DNA of 64,000 nt from assembly GCF_009914755.1 (NCBI RefSeq), contig NC_060925.1, one strand, 5' to 3'. Shown one piece after another: positions 1 through 12,800 of the stretch; within the stretch, counting starts at the first letter, position 1, and the number at the start of each line of letters is the position of its first letter. The notes beneath the pieces are model-generated. The model saw only the letters and a list, made by a program, of their open reading frames with translations, searched no databases and had not been told where the DNA came from. This DNA is from the human T2T-CHM13v2.0 reference genome, Homo sapiens. Both the position numbers and the translations under genes were made by a program.

Positions 1-1050
1 TTTCAGAATTATATAATGTTTTTAAGTGTATCTCATTGTATAGAATTTCTAGTGGCTGCTCTAGATATTACATCATATTTACATAACTTATTACTGTATA
101 CCAATGTCTTCATTTTACCAATTTGAGTAAAGTATAAAACCTTACTTTCCTTTATGCCCTTTAATCCTTCCCAATTTGTGATACAATTGTTTTAAATATT
201 TCCTCTATATGCTTTTAGCACCACATCAGAAAGTATTATAATTTTTGCATAAACAACCAAAAATAATTTATAAAGCTCAAGAGAAGATGGAAAGCCTATT
301 ATATTTACCCATATTTTTGTTTACTGTGCTATTTTCTTCTTTCCTAATGTTCTACATTTTCTTCTTTTATTTTTTCCTTCTATTTAGAGCATCTCCTTTA
401 GCTATTTTTTTAGAGTAGGTCTGCTGGTGATAAATTCTTACTTTTCTTTCATCAAAGAATGTCTTGATTTTCATTCATTTCTTCAGGATGTGCTCACTGG
501 GTAGTAAATTCTGAGTTGATGGTAGTTTTTTGTTGTTGTTTAGTTTGTCTTGGCACTTAAAAGATATTGTCCTGCTTTCCTCTAGTCTCCACAGTGTCTG
601 ATAAGAAATCTGCTGTCATTAGAATTGTTTCTTTCCTACAATTATCATGTCATTTTTTTCTGTTTTCTTTTAAGAATTTATTATTTGTATTTAATTTTCA
701 GAATTTCAATCACAGCATATATCATTTCTTTGGGTTTATCCTTTTTAGAGTTTGCTCAGTTTCTTGAATCTGTAAGTTTGTGTATCTTGACAAATGTAGA
801 AAATTTTAAGCCCTTATTTCTTCATCTACTTTTTCAGCTATGCCTTCTTTCTTCTCTCCTTCTGAGACTCCAAATGATAACTATTTTGTTATAGTCTCAC
901 ATGTCCTTAAGGCTCTGTTCATTTTTTTTTTCTCAGTCTATTTTCTCTATTTTCTGATTTGGTAATTTCTATTGTTTTATCTTCTGGTTCACTGATTCTT
1001 TTCTGTTATTGAGCCATCCACTGAGCTTTTTATTTCAGATTATATTATTC
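1..1050 (-). mobile_element. Old L1M (L1MC/L1ME-like) internal fragment
   Basis: T-rich antisense L1 motifs such as ctgctggtgataaattct, ctgataagaaatctgctgtcatt. Confidence 0.65.
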
Positions 1051-2715
1051 AGATGAAATAAATCAACTTTCTAATCCAATCCCTGCAGTGTTTATATGAC
1101 TTTTTTGGGGCCTCTTGTTACGTTGAAAACCCCTGTTCATAACAGATTAGAATTAGGCTTATTATTGCTTAATCCTAACTAGGTTCCTAGACTGCCAGTG
1201 CTTATGTGAACATTCTAGGATACTGCTAATTCTAGTTGACATTACCTTAACAAATTCTGGGGAGTCATCTTTCTGATAGTGGAACAAAGATCCTATTTAA
1301 TTAACCACATTGCCTCTACCTTAAATAAGCCCACTTTTTCTAATTTGATCCTCTGTCAATCATCTTCACAAAGGTAAGGAAGATGAAGGCCAGAAAGGGA
1401 AAGGAGGAGAAAGAAAGGAAAAAACCCTTGTAAAACTTGGTAGTACTAAGTCTTCTCTCAATAAAAGCATCTACTTCCTTTAACCTTTACCTGGAACCTC
1501 TATTACTTGCACTTTTTGCTTTTTGATCTTCTTTTCATTAAACAAGACAATAACAAGAAGGGCAACAACAACAAAATCATGGGGGTATTACTTGATCTGA
1601 ATTACAATATTAGCTCTTAAACTCAAAAACAAAATCTGCTGAAGTATTTATGGAAGTATGCTCTGTTTGTTATTTAGACCCTCTTTGTAATAATTTCACT
1701 TATTAAACTTCCAGTGGGGCCATGTTTTATTCTTTGATTCGGGAGATTGCCGGATCATCTTTTAGGATCACTAACTAAAGAAAATGGAATAGCTCCATAT
1801 ATATTTGTCTCCTTGAAAACATCAGAGTATTAAGGCAAATACTGCTGCTGCCTATAGCCCAAGTTGCCCCTGACTCACTGTAGTATCTCTGGGAAGGTAC
1901 TTGCCCTCATTTTCCTTCAGCATCTCTACCTGCAAAACAAAAAAATATTAGAACCACCCCTACTTCACTGGACTGTGGAAGAAAAGTAGAGCAAAGTGTT
2001 TCAATGTTCTGTGAAAGACAGATTTGTTCATATGTAACATTTGTCACTATTTGAGACCATATACTCCAAGGCAGAGATGTAGTCAGTCTAATATAGTCAG
2101 TCTAAAATTACTCTATAGTAATTTGACTTTTACAGCAAAATAAAAGAAATAATAATTACTTGAAGAAGTTAATTTTTCACTCTTTCTAGTTAGTTCTTTT
2201 TTTTTTTTTTTTTTTTTGCATTTTTAAAAATTTCACTCCAGACCTGTGATCTACAAAGCTCTAAGTGCAGTTAACTTTCACGGTGTCCTATTTTCATTCT
2301 TCATTCTTACTACCCTTTTGGTTTCACATTTAGTTTGTGTCTTATTCTTTGCAGATCATTAGCAATATATTCTCAGTTGAATATCTTCTTGGAAGGAACC
2401 AAAACTTCATTAGTAGCAGTAGCATTTGAATTTTAAGGTTTTAAATAAGGCAAACATACTGTCTCCTTGGTTTGAGAACTTTAAAGGTAAAATTTGGTAG
2501 AAATGTGATAAGAAAAGAAAAAAAATTCTCTACTGAGCACAAGAAGCAAAAACAGAACTCTTATTCTTTCTTAAATTTTCTCCAACAGTAAAACATGGGC
2601 CTGTTTTAATCAATATTAAATTATATCTTACATTCTGTTTAGCATCTGAATATGTCATCATTAATTTTTTCCACTTAGATTCCTAATACCTACATGGTAA
2701 CTTTTTCTGATAAAA

Positions 2716-2721
<6 letters not shown>

Positions 2722-2761
<40 letters not shown>
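2722..2761. repeat. (TA)20 microsatellite
   Basis: Direct reading. Confidence 0.97.
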
Positions 2762-2764
<3 letters not shown>

Positions 2765-3977
2765 AGGGTTGGGGTAAAGAGAAGGTGAAGGATTCAGAAA
2801 TTTCTCATGACTTAAATGGAAAAAGAATGAATCAATTTAATGTTTGCTGAAGAGGCTAAGACCTGCCTATTTTAGACTTTGTTTTCTTAAATAATTTGGG
2901 CACAAAAAAAAAAAAGAAATTCTGTTCTTAACCCCAATTTCTCTTCTTTTCTCAAAAACAAACAAAACAAATTCCCTAAATACTGGACTAGAAGGGCAAG
3001 AGTCCCTGAAGCAAATTCAAACTGTTGGCTTTTCTGGGCCATAAATTCCAGAAGAATGGATTTTCCCAGGGGCTCTTGAGCTTGTGATGGGACTTTGTGC
3101 CTCCCCACCAACCAGCTTCCAAACAATGCCTGTGGTAAAAACCCAAATGCCTGTGAAAAACACTCTCCTGATGCCATATTTGTTTGTATGTAATTACCCC
3201 CAGCCCCTGAATTCTCAACAAATGAGAGTGTTTGACAGCATATTCCTAAGATATTTTCTTTAAGTAAAGGTTTTTATACTTAAGGAATCATATTCAGGTG
3301 TCGTGGAAATGTCTAGCTATTTAAACCCTCCATGGCCTATACAAATCTCAAATATTTTTCTGACTACCAAGGTTCTACTACATCCTTTTGGCCTGGCTTA
3401 AGTCTCATCTCTTCAATAAAATTATTATCCATTGTCTTGTGAAATTTATGTTGCATTTATAGACAGTGACACACAATTTGTCACATGATGATGGAATATT
3501 GCAGATTCTCTCTTTGTTCCCTGTGTGTGAGTTGCCCCATTCAGGTGTTAAATTCCTTGAGGCAGGATTAGACTAAGACCTCAAGTGACTCTAGGTACTA
3601 AAGGGATTTTTGCATCCCCTACAACCACCACGTCCAATTCAAAAATCAAAATGATGTCATTCAGTCACATAAGGATAAGAGAGGCTAGCAAATTTCAAAA
3701 ATTTTCATACTCATTTTGAGAAATGTCATTTTTAACATTGTTTCCCATTTTTAGTGGGACAAGCAAATGCATACATGGCCCACTGGATAATCCTACTTAC
3801 TTTGGAGATAAAAACACATGTTATTTTTCTTGTGCATTCCTAGGAACAATTAGAATCTACCCACATCTGTTTGATTAAGGAAGTCCTTTAGTAAACTGTA
3901 TGAAATTGGATGACATGTTAGAAAATAACTTTCATCTAATTATGGGTTGTATAGGTGTGGATTCTGTATATCAGAAT

Positions 3978-4427
3978 TTATTTTATTTTACTTTTTATTT
4001 TTACTTTTTACAGAGATGTGGCCCAGCCTGGAGTGCAGTGGTGTGATCCTAGCTCACTGCCACCTTGACTTCCTGGGCTCAAGTGATTCTTCTGCCTCAG
4101 CCTCCAAGTAGCTTGCCAAAACTTGGAAGCAACCATGATGTCCTTAGTAGGTAAATGAATAAACCCCGATACATCTAGATCGTAGGATATTATTCAGTGC
4201 TAAAACGAAATGAGCTATCAAGCCAGGAAAAGACATAGAGGAATCTTAAGTGCATATTACTAAGTGAAAGAAGCCAATCTGAAAAGGTATGCACCACCAC
4301 ACTTGGCTGATTTTTCAATGTTTTGTAGAAATGGGGTGTCCTTAGTTGCCCAGGCTGGTCTCAAGTGATCTGCCCCCCTCAACCTTCCAAAGTGCTAGAG
4401 TTACAGGCCTGATCCACTGCACCTGGC
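3978..4427 (-). mobile_element. AluJ, interrupted by a ~175-bp L1MC segment at 4114-4287
   Basis: Antisense Alu arms; flanking TSD tatatcagaattt on both sides. Confidence 0.85.
4114..4287 (+). mobile_element. L1MC1-like 3' fragment embedded in the Alu
   Basis: gccaaaacttggaagcaacc...actaagtgaaagaagccaatctgaaaagg is L1MC ORF2-end sequence. Confidence 0.85.
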
Positions 4428-5111
4428 ATATATCAGAATTTCTTAAAATGAGAAATACATTTTCTTTCTGTAGCCCAGCTGTCAGTGGCTCACTTGTCCT
4501 CCTTTTCAAACTGCCCCAACAAAATATCCACTCTTACCAACATTTCCATATTAGTGATCAATGTAAATTTTTTAAGGCAATGGAGGTATTTTTATATCAT
4601 GCACCCACAGTAAACTTGACATCGTCTGTGTTCATTGACTTTTCTGTACAGTTGAGCACTGACCATCTTACTGCAGGAGTGAGAAGAGGTCTCTGACCCT
4701 TCCCTCTATCTACAGCCTTTCTACACATTCTGAATTTGGTCTGGAAATATCTTACCAAACCATTTCACCAACAATGCCATATTCCTGCTAACAAGGTATC
4801 TTGATCCAATTGTTAACAATAAAATTTTCTCAGATAATTGTACCTTGTTTAGGCCAAGAATCTGATTCTTAGCCTCAACATAAGCCCGTTAGAATGATCT
4901 AGGTGATGAACACAGATTCTTTCTCATCCTCATTTTGATAAAGTTCCTTCTTTTTCCAGTCCTGCTTACTGTATTTTTTCTTTTTAATAGACTTTTTAGA
5001 GCACTTTTAAGTTCACAGCAAAATTGAGCATAAAGTACAAAGATTTCCCATATATCCCCTGCCCCTACACATGCACAGCCTCCCCCATTATCAACATCCC
5101 CCATTAGAGTG

Positions 5112-6098
5112 TGAAGGGGGCCAGCCCCTCCACACCTGTGGGTGTTTCTCGTCAGGTGGGACAAGAGACTGAGAAAAGAAATAAGACACAGAGACAAAGT
5201 GTAGAGAAAGAACAGTGGGCCCAGGGGACTGGCGCTCAGCATAGGGAGGACCAGCGCGGGCACTGGTCTCTGAGTTCCCTCAGTATTTATTGATCACTAT
5301 CTCTACCATTTAGGTGAGGGTGATGTGGCAGGACTATAGGGTAATGGTGGGGAGACAGTCAGCAGGAAAACGTGAGCAAAGATCTCTGTGTCATAAGTAA
5401 GTTTAAGGAAAAGTGCTGTGCCTCCATGGGCACGTAGGCCAGATTTATGTCTGACTTTACACAAACATTTTAGTGCAGTAAAGAGCAGTATTGCCACCAG
5501 CATGTCTCACCTCAAGCCATAAGGTGGTTTTCTCCTATCTCAGTAAATAGAATGCACGATGGGGTTTTACACCAAGACATTCCATTCCCAAGGACGAGCA
5601 GGAGACAGATGCCTTCCTCTTATCTCAACTGCAAAGAGGCCTTCCTCTTTCACTAATCCTCCTCAGCACAGACCCTTTACCGATGTCGGGCTGGGGGACG
5701 GTCAGGTCTTTCCCTTCCCATGAAGGCCATATCTCAGACTATCACATGGGGGAAACCTTGGACAATACCTGGCTTTCCTGGGCAGAGGTCTTTGTGGCCT
5801 TCCGCAGTGTATTGTGTCCCTGGGTACTAGAGATTAGAGAATGGCAATGACTTTTACCGAGCACACTGCCTTCAAACACATTTCTAACAAAGCACATCCT
5901 GCACAGCCCTAAATCCATTAAACCTTGAGTCAACACAGCACATGTCTCTGAGGGCACAGGGTTGGGGCTAGGGTTACAAATTAACAGCATCTCAAGGCAG
6001 AAGAATTTCTCTTAGTACAGAACAAAATGGAGTTTCTTATGTCTACTTCTTTCTACATAGACACAGTAACAGTCTGATCTCTCTTTCTTTTCCCCACG
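5112..6098 (-). mobile_element. Full-length solo HERV-K(HML-2) LTR (LTR5A/LTR5B-like), ~987 bp
   Basis: Reverse strand begins (c)gtggggaaaagaaagagagatcagactgttactgtgtctatgtagaaag and ends ...ccccttca; TSD gagtg at 5107-5111 and 6099-6103. Confidence 0.92.
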
Positions 6099-6396
6099 GA
6101 GTGATACCTTTGTTACATTTATAAACCTACATAGACACATCATTCTCCTTCAAAGTTCATAGTTTACATTAGGATTGACTCTTAGTGGTGTACATTCTAT
6201 AGGTTTGGGCAAATGTGTAACAACACGTATTCACCATTATAGAATCATAGAGAATAGTTTCACTGTCCTAAAAAGCTGTGCTCTGATTTCCCTCCCTGAC
6301 CCTACCCCTGGAACTACTAATCTTCCTATTTTCTTCATAGTTTTACTTTTTCTACGATTTCATATAGTTGGAATCATACAGTATGTATGTAGCCTT

Positions 6397-6439
6397 GCCT
6401 TTCCTTCCTTCCTTTCTTTCCTTCTTTCTTTCTTCTTCT

Positions 6440-6472
<33 letters not shown>

Positions 6473-6587
6473 AGAAAGGGTTTCACCACATTGCCCAGGC
6501 TGATCTCGAACTCCTGGATTCAAAAGATCCTCCCACCTTTGCCTCCCAAAGTGCTAAGATTGCAGGCATGAGCCACTGTGACTGGCC
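6397..6587 (-). mobile_element. Alu left monomer (FLAM_C-like) with long T/CT tail
   Basis: Single Alu arm; TSD tatgtagcctt on both sides. Confidence 0.85.
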
Positions 6588-7169
6588 TATGTAGCCTTTT
6601 CAGATTGGCTTCCTTAACTTAGTAATATGCATTTAAGCTTATTCCATGTCTTTTCCTGGCTTGATAGCTCATTTCTTTTTAGCACTGAATAATATTCCAC
6701 GGTCTGGATGTACGATGGCTTATTCATTTATTCACCTACTGAAGGACATCATGGTTGTTTCCAAGTTTGGGCAAATATAAATAAAGCTGCTATAAACGTC
6801 CATGTGCAGGTTTTTGTGTGGACAGAGTTTTCAACTCATTTTACTAAATACCAAGGAGCACAATTGCTGGATCATTCAGTAAGAGTATGTTTAGTTTTAT
6901 AAGAAACTGCTAGATTGTCTTCCAAAGTGGCTGTACCACTTTGCGTTTCTACTAGCAATGAATAAGAGTCCCTGTTGCTCTACAATTCTGTTTACCTTTC
7001 ACATGGATTGATGGTCAATTGTGTCATAGCACTTACTACAACATGTGGCTGATTTGACACATAGCTCCCTTGTAATGGTCTCTTCTACTCATTTAGAAAA
7101 CATGGAATACTGGTATGAGCTACAAGGCACAATGAATTTCCCTTGATAGGTCAAAAAGAGACCCAGCTT

Positions 7170-7325
7170 AGCAGGCACAGGGGCTCATGCCTGTAATTCC
7201 AGCTACTCAGGAGGCTGAGGTGGAAGGATTGCTTGAGCCCAGGAAGTGGAGGCTTCAGTGAGCCATGATCTTCATGTATTCCAGTCTGGGCAACAGAGCA
7301 GGACCCTGTCACCAAAAAAGATATA
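7170..7325 (+). mobile_element. Alu monomer (FRAM-like)
   Basis: gcctgtaattccagctactcaggaggctgagg...ctgggcaacagagc, A tail, flanking acccagct duplication. Confidence 0.8.
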
Positions 7326-9249
7326 AAAACAAACCCAGCTGCGGCCCATTTCGGGTCCTCATTTGCTCTGTAACTTGCCAAGTTTTTCTTTTTAAAAAAA
7401 TCTCTTATATTTCCTGTTTTTCTAAATAAGATTAAGAGATTCCAACATACTTTAAAGAATATTTATCTAATAATATTCTTAAAGAATAGAACACATATTC
7501 CGATTAGCATTGAATGTTTCTTAATGAATAATATTACAAGAAATGAAATAAGACTATTATTCATGGTTAACCAATAACAAGAGTGTGTTTTTCTTTCTTC
7601 ACAACTTAAAGTTATAAAGTGGAAAGTGAGTATAAGTTTAGAAATTTTTAAATATTTTGGTAGCCATAAAATCTAGAAGTAAGAACAAAAGTTGTTCATA
7701 GAGTATTATAATGGGAATAAACAGCTATGTGAAAGGAAAAAAATATAAACTTTTTTTCATTTTAATGTAAAGGTGTGTACCTATCTAAAATTCTTAACAC
7801 TTATTTAGTCCCCCAAATTATTTCTTTGTATTTCCTTGTAGGTCTCCTTGGGAAACTTGTTCCAATTCAACTATTAGACATATTGTTATTAACATTAACT
7901 TACTTTCTTACCCTGTAAATATAACTTTTTTTCAGTAGTTTTATCATCTGTGATGAGATTTGTTCAGTGGTTTGTTAGTGTGATGAAGAAGAGTGTGGTT
8001 TAGGAAGGTTGGTTCACAACTAAGCAAAGTGGCTTCAGAAAACTCACTTGGGTCTCTATTTCCCAGGTCTGGCCCTTAGCCTTGGAGATCCAGGTACTTG
8101 GTTTTGCCAGTGCTCAGTGATGAGCAGGCTCTGGGAATGTGGGAGCAGTCATGCGGCCCAGACTCACCAGAGATTTGCATATAAAGATTTGAATATAAAA
8201 TAAACTCCGGTTTATTAACTTGTACTAAGGAAGAAAAGGCCAAGGAGAAAGAGCGGCAGTGGAGACGCACACTGAGGGCATCCCTCTCCTAGCTTGGGTG
8301 GGTTGCTGATATTCTCAAGTCCTCAGTCCTCATCTATACATGGGGATAATGATAGGACCCAACCTCACAAGATTGTGGGAGACTTAATGAGGTAATGTAT
8401 AGAAAATGCATTACCACTCTGCTTGTCACTTTCTAAACACTCAAATATTAGGAGAAGAAAATATTTTTCGCTCCTTTGGTGGGTGCTTTCTCTCTCAGAA
8501 TGAGATGTTTCCTGGATGTGTGTGGAGTCAGACTAAAATGGAATCAGGAGATTGTAATGAAGGAGTTCCTGGCTTGAGCCATCCTTTCACACTACAGAGA
8601 CAAATTTTCCAGGGGCACGCTGTTTACTGGGAGCTCCTCACCTGAACCATGCTAAAGACACATTTATCAGATTTGTTTTGCTAAATATCGTTTTCATACA
8701 CTTCGTGCTGATCATTGGCTTTTCAGCTGGCATGACCTTTCTTTAGCTCTGTTAACACCACTGTTAACAAACAGCTGGTACAGATGTGGCAATATCTTTG
8801 CCAGTGCCTGTGGCAGACATCAAGTGTCAACTGGGTTCTCTTCCTGCTGAGCCTGAACTCACCCTCCAAATTCTTCTCATCACTGACCTCCAGGCAGCCA
8901 CTACCAATGGCTCATACTTTTTACTGGAAGTAAAATGTATTTGTGATCCGGGGAATAGGCCACAAAGAAGTCATCAGTCCCTGCTTATAGCTGAAAACAT
9001 ATTATTTCTCATCAGTGTGCTGTTTCTATTAATCAAGTTTTCACCATAATAAGGGTGATAACTTTCAAACCTTCCACAACCTCACAAAACATGAGCAGAT
9101 AAAGATAAAAGTTATATTGGTGAACTCCTGAGTTCCACTCTCAGGTTTTGTGCATGTAAGGGAGCTTGTGCTTTTAACATTTCCATTTACTAGCTTTTCT
9201 GACCTTTTCATAAAATGTGCATTAAGAGTGATTAATTAAACAAGCCATA

Positions 9250-10365
9250 ATATGGAATCCATATTATGGAATATTGCTTAGTGATAAAAGGAATGAAATA
9301 CAGATGTATACAACAAACTGGATCTATCTCAAGGGCATTATGTTGTGTTGAAAAGGCGAATCTCAAAATGGTACATACTGTATGAGTCCATTTGTTCATA
9401 TTCTTGCAATGACAAAATTAGAGAGATGGAAGAGAGATTAGTGGCTTCCAGTGGTTTGAGGAGGGGGAGGAGGAAGGTGGCCATGACTATTAAAGGGCAG
9501 CACAAGGAATCCTTTTAATAGAACTGTTCTGTAGCTTGACTATGGTAGTGAGCAAAAGAATCTACATGTGTTATAAAATCACATTTAAAATACAAACCTA
9601 CACAAGTGCACAAGTGCACATAAAACAGGTGAAATCTGAATAGGTGGGTGTATTGTATTGATGCAGGATTTTTCTTCTCAGTCACTTTGCAAGGCAGCTG
9701 GCGTGCCCCAGCTAACCAATGTTATAGCTTGTACCCACATTCAGCAGTTCCTGAGCTCTTGTACCACGCCCAAGAAGAATGAGGATATGTTGGACATTGA
9801 AGTATAAAGAGGGCAGAAAAGAATTTTATTGAGTGATGGAACAGCTCTCAGCAGAGAGGGGATGCAGGGTGGGTGGGGTGGTTCCCCTACCAGAAGGCAG
9901 GAAAGTCCCCTGTGTGGCTGGGTCTGGGACCTTTTATGGGCTCAGAATGGGGAGTGTGTGCTGATTGGTTTGTGAGTATGCTGACAAGGTAAAGCAAAGA
10001 CATCACTCAGATGTGGGCACAACAGTGTAGAAAAACCAATTAGGAAAGGGTCGGTATATGTAAAATAGGTGAAAGGTGGAAACAGATCAGAGGAAAGCAC
10101 ATCAAAGGGGAAGATAAGTTCTCAATCTGGTCCAAGGATTTAACTTTCAGGCTTTAAACTGTCTTCTGCTTGGTGGTGGGATTTCACTGGGAACCTGCCC
10201 CTATCAGCCTAGGCATTTGGCTGCCTTCTGCCACTCTAAGTATCAATGTCAATTTCCTGATTGTGATATTGTACAAGATGTTAACACTGGAATAGGAAAT
10301 TGGGTGAAGGGTATGTGGGGTCTATTATTTCTTACAACTACAATTATCTCAAAATATTTTTTAAA
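9250..10365 (+). mobile_element. Old L1MC/MD 3' end split by an LTR
   Basis: tacatactgtatgagtccattt, gattagtggcttccag motifs; continues after 10240. Confidence 0.7.
9659..10239 (-). mobile_element. ERV1-class solo LTR (LTR27-like)
   Basis: tgatgcaggattttt start; reverse strand ggcagccaaatgcctagg...gacagtttaaagcctgaaag; 4-bp TSD gtat. Confidence 0.7.
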
Positions 10366-10592
10366 AGATCTGCAATGAGCATTTCAAGAATTGCAATTGC
10401 ATCTATTTCAATTGAGTATCAAATAAAGGTAATTATTCCTTCAAAATAGGAAAGACTGCTGCTCAAATATTTTCAAACTCAAGGTAGCTGTATTCTTAAA
10501 ATTTTGTAATATTTTTACTTTGAAGACAGTCCCCAAAGATGTATTTACTCCCTCATCTGGCCTGACTTATCAATATTATAACAGAAAACTGG

Positions 10593-10862
10593 TTTAAAAA
10601 ATTTATTTTAGTACATGTGCAGGTTTATTTAGTACATATGCAGGTTTGTTGTATAGGTAAACTCATATTACAGGGGTTCGTACAGATTATTTCATCAACC
10701 AGGTACTAAGCCTAGTACCCAATAGTTACTTTTTCTGCTTCTCTCCCTCCTCCCAACCTCCACCCTGAAGTAGGCCCCAATGTCTATTGTTCCCTTCTTT
10801 GTGTTCATGAGTTCTCTTCATTTAGCTTCCGCTTATAAGTGAGAACATGCAGTATTTGGTCT
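10593..10862 (-). mobile_element. 5'-truncated L1PA13-16-type 3' end
   Basis: aggtactaagcctagtacccaatagtta, ataagtgagaacatgcagtatttgg; TSD tataacagaaaactg. Confidence 0.85.
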
Positions 10863-11881
10863 TCTATAACAGAAAACTGTTTATCCAACATTCTATTAGC
10901 CTGAGCACCTTATTTAAAACTTGACAGAATGTTTATGCTATTTGTTTTATTTTCTGTTTTAATATGAAACTGTAAAATAACTAAGCAAAAGTGAGATCTG
11001 GTGCTTTTGTCCCCTTAAAAATGGGAGGTAGGGGGAGTATTCTGCAGTACTATATATTTTCAGCCAGAGATGGCAAACATGCAGCAAGTATGTTTCCACT
11101 TAGCCCTGATTCTCCAGTCTATGACAGACATCAGATTGATCATTGCACAGAATTTTCTGAAGATCTTACTTCCTCAGAATCCTTCTCAACACACACTCAA
11201 GGTAGCCATTAACAGTAAGTTGCCATTGACACAAGATGGAACCCCCGAGTCAGCATTTAGGTACTAATTCTCCTTCTCAGAGTATGGGACTTTCTAGAGT
11301 ACTCTATCCCCTGTCCATGCCAAGTAAAAAGGATTTTACGCATTAACGTTTTGTTTCCTTTCCCAGTTTCACCTCTTCTAAGCAAGATTCACATGCTTGC
11401 TGAATGTTTTTAGCTTGCATAAACAAAAAGTCGACAAATTGAGTAATTTTGCATTAAAATACAACATTACTGAAAAAGTAGTACCATATACAGCTGGTAA
11501 ACTGTGAACAGATTTTAAAGTCCTATATAGTTCAAGCAGAAAGGGAACACAACTGGCCAGCATGGAGAAAAATGAGTTCTCCTGGGCAAGTATATATTTT
11601 TAAAAAGGCATTTGTCCCTTTTTCCAACAATTAAAGTAGCAACCTTAAGTGTTAAAGATTATCAGTATCTAGATGCTGACACTAGTTACTTGATTTGATA
11701 GTAAAGGGGTCTTTTAGTCCAAAAGCAAGAGAAATGGGTGATTTTAATTTATTTTCTTTACATGTACTCTATCCAGACTAGTATAAGGAAAGCAATAAAA
11801 ACTAACACATCATAGAATGGTTTACCTGAAAGAGATAATTCATCTACTTCAAAGCCCCTGAGTACCTACTGTGTTAGAGCC

Positions 11882-12800
11882 ACAGTTTCCCAACTGTGTG
11901 CCTAATTTAAATTTTAGCTTTGGAATGCTTTAAATTTCCCAGGAAAACGAAGTGAAATCTGTCAGATGCTGAATGAGCTTAAGGTACTTCACACTTTCAA
12001 CCTCTGGCCACGTGTATTAGTTTGTTCTCATGTGCTATAAAGAAATACCTGAGACTGAGTAGTTTATAAAGAAAAGAGATTTAATTGGCCCACGGTTCTG
12101 CAGGCTGTACAGGAATCATGGCAGCATCTTCTGGGGAAGCCTCAGAAAACTTACAATCGTGGCTGAATGTGAAAGGGGAGCCAGCACTTGACACAGCCAA
12201 GCAGGAGGAAGAAAGGTGGCGCAGAGGTGCCACACACTTTTGAACAACCAGATCCCATAATAACTCAGTATCACCAGAACATCACCGAAGAGATGGTGCT
12301 AAACCATTCACGAGAACTCCGACCCCACGATCCAATCACCTCCCACCAGGCTCCCTCTCCAACACTGGGGATTACAACTGAACATCAGATATGGGCAGGG
12401 ACACAAATCCAAACCATATTACCATGCCACATTCCTTTAGATGATGTCATATCCTTGCAAAGCCGAGTTTTAGAGGCTTACTGGGATGAAATGCAAGCAC
12501 AGTCCAAAATGTAGAAAAAATGTACAGAAAAATGTAGAATGAGAAATGAAGAAGGCAGTGTTCTACCCAGGGCTCAGCAAGCAACATACCCCTCATTAGT
12601 AAATAATTATGGTTAGTTAAAAATACAATTCGGTTGTTATTTTTCTTTCAATTTATGTGTATTTTTTCAAACAACTACTAAGTTATTAAGGACATAAATG
12701 CTCAAGTTACTCGAACCTAACTACTTAATGAATGAAACTGTTAGGTATTTCTGTTTTATGAAAATATTACTTAAACATCAAATGAATTTGGGAACCTCTG
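11882..12800. mobile_element. hAT-Charlie-type DNA transposon remnant hosting the MSTA LTR
   Basis: Terminal inverted-repeat-like cagtttcccaa ... ttgggaacctctg. Confidence 0.5.
12013..12421 (-). mobile_element. MaLR solo LTR (MSTA-like)
   Basis: tgtattagtttgttctc...ataaagaaatacctgagactg...ccaaaccatatta; 5-bp TSD ccacg/ccatg. Confidence 0.88.

Larger units (their letters stand above)
4975..6985 (-). mobile_element. L1MC1-like 3' end, split by an LTR5 and a FLAM insertion
   Basis: L1MC 3'UTR motifs resume in register across both insertions (5111/6104 and 6396/6588). Confidence 0.85.
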
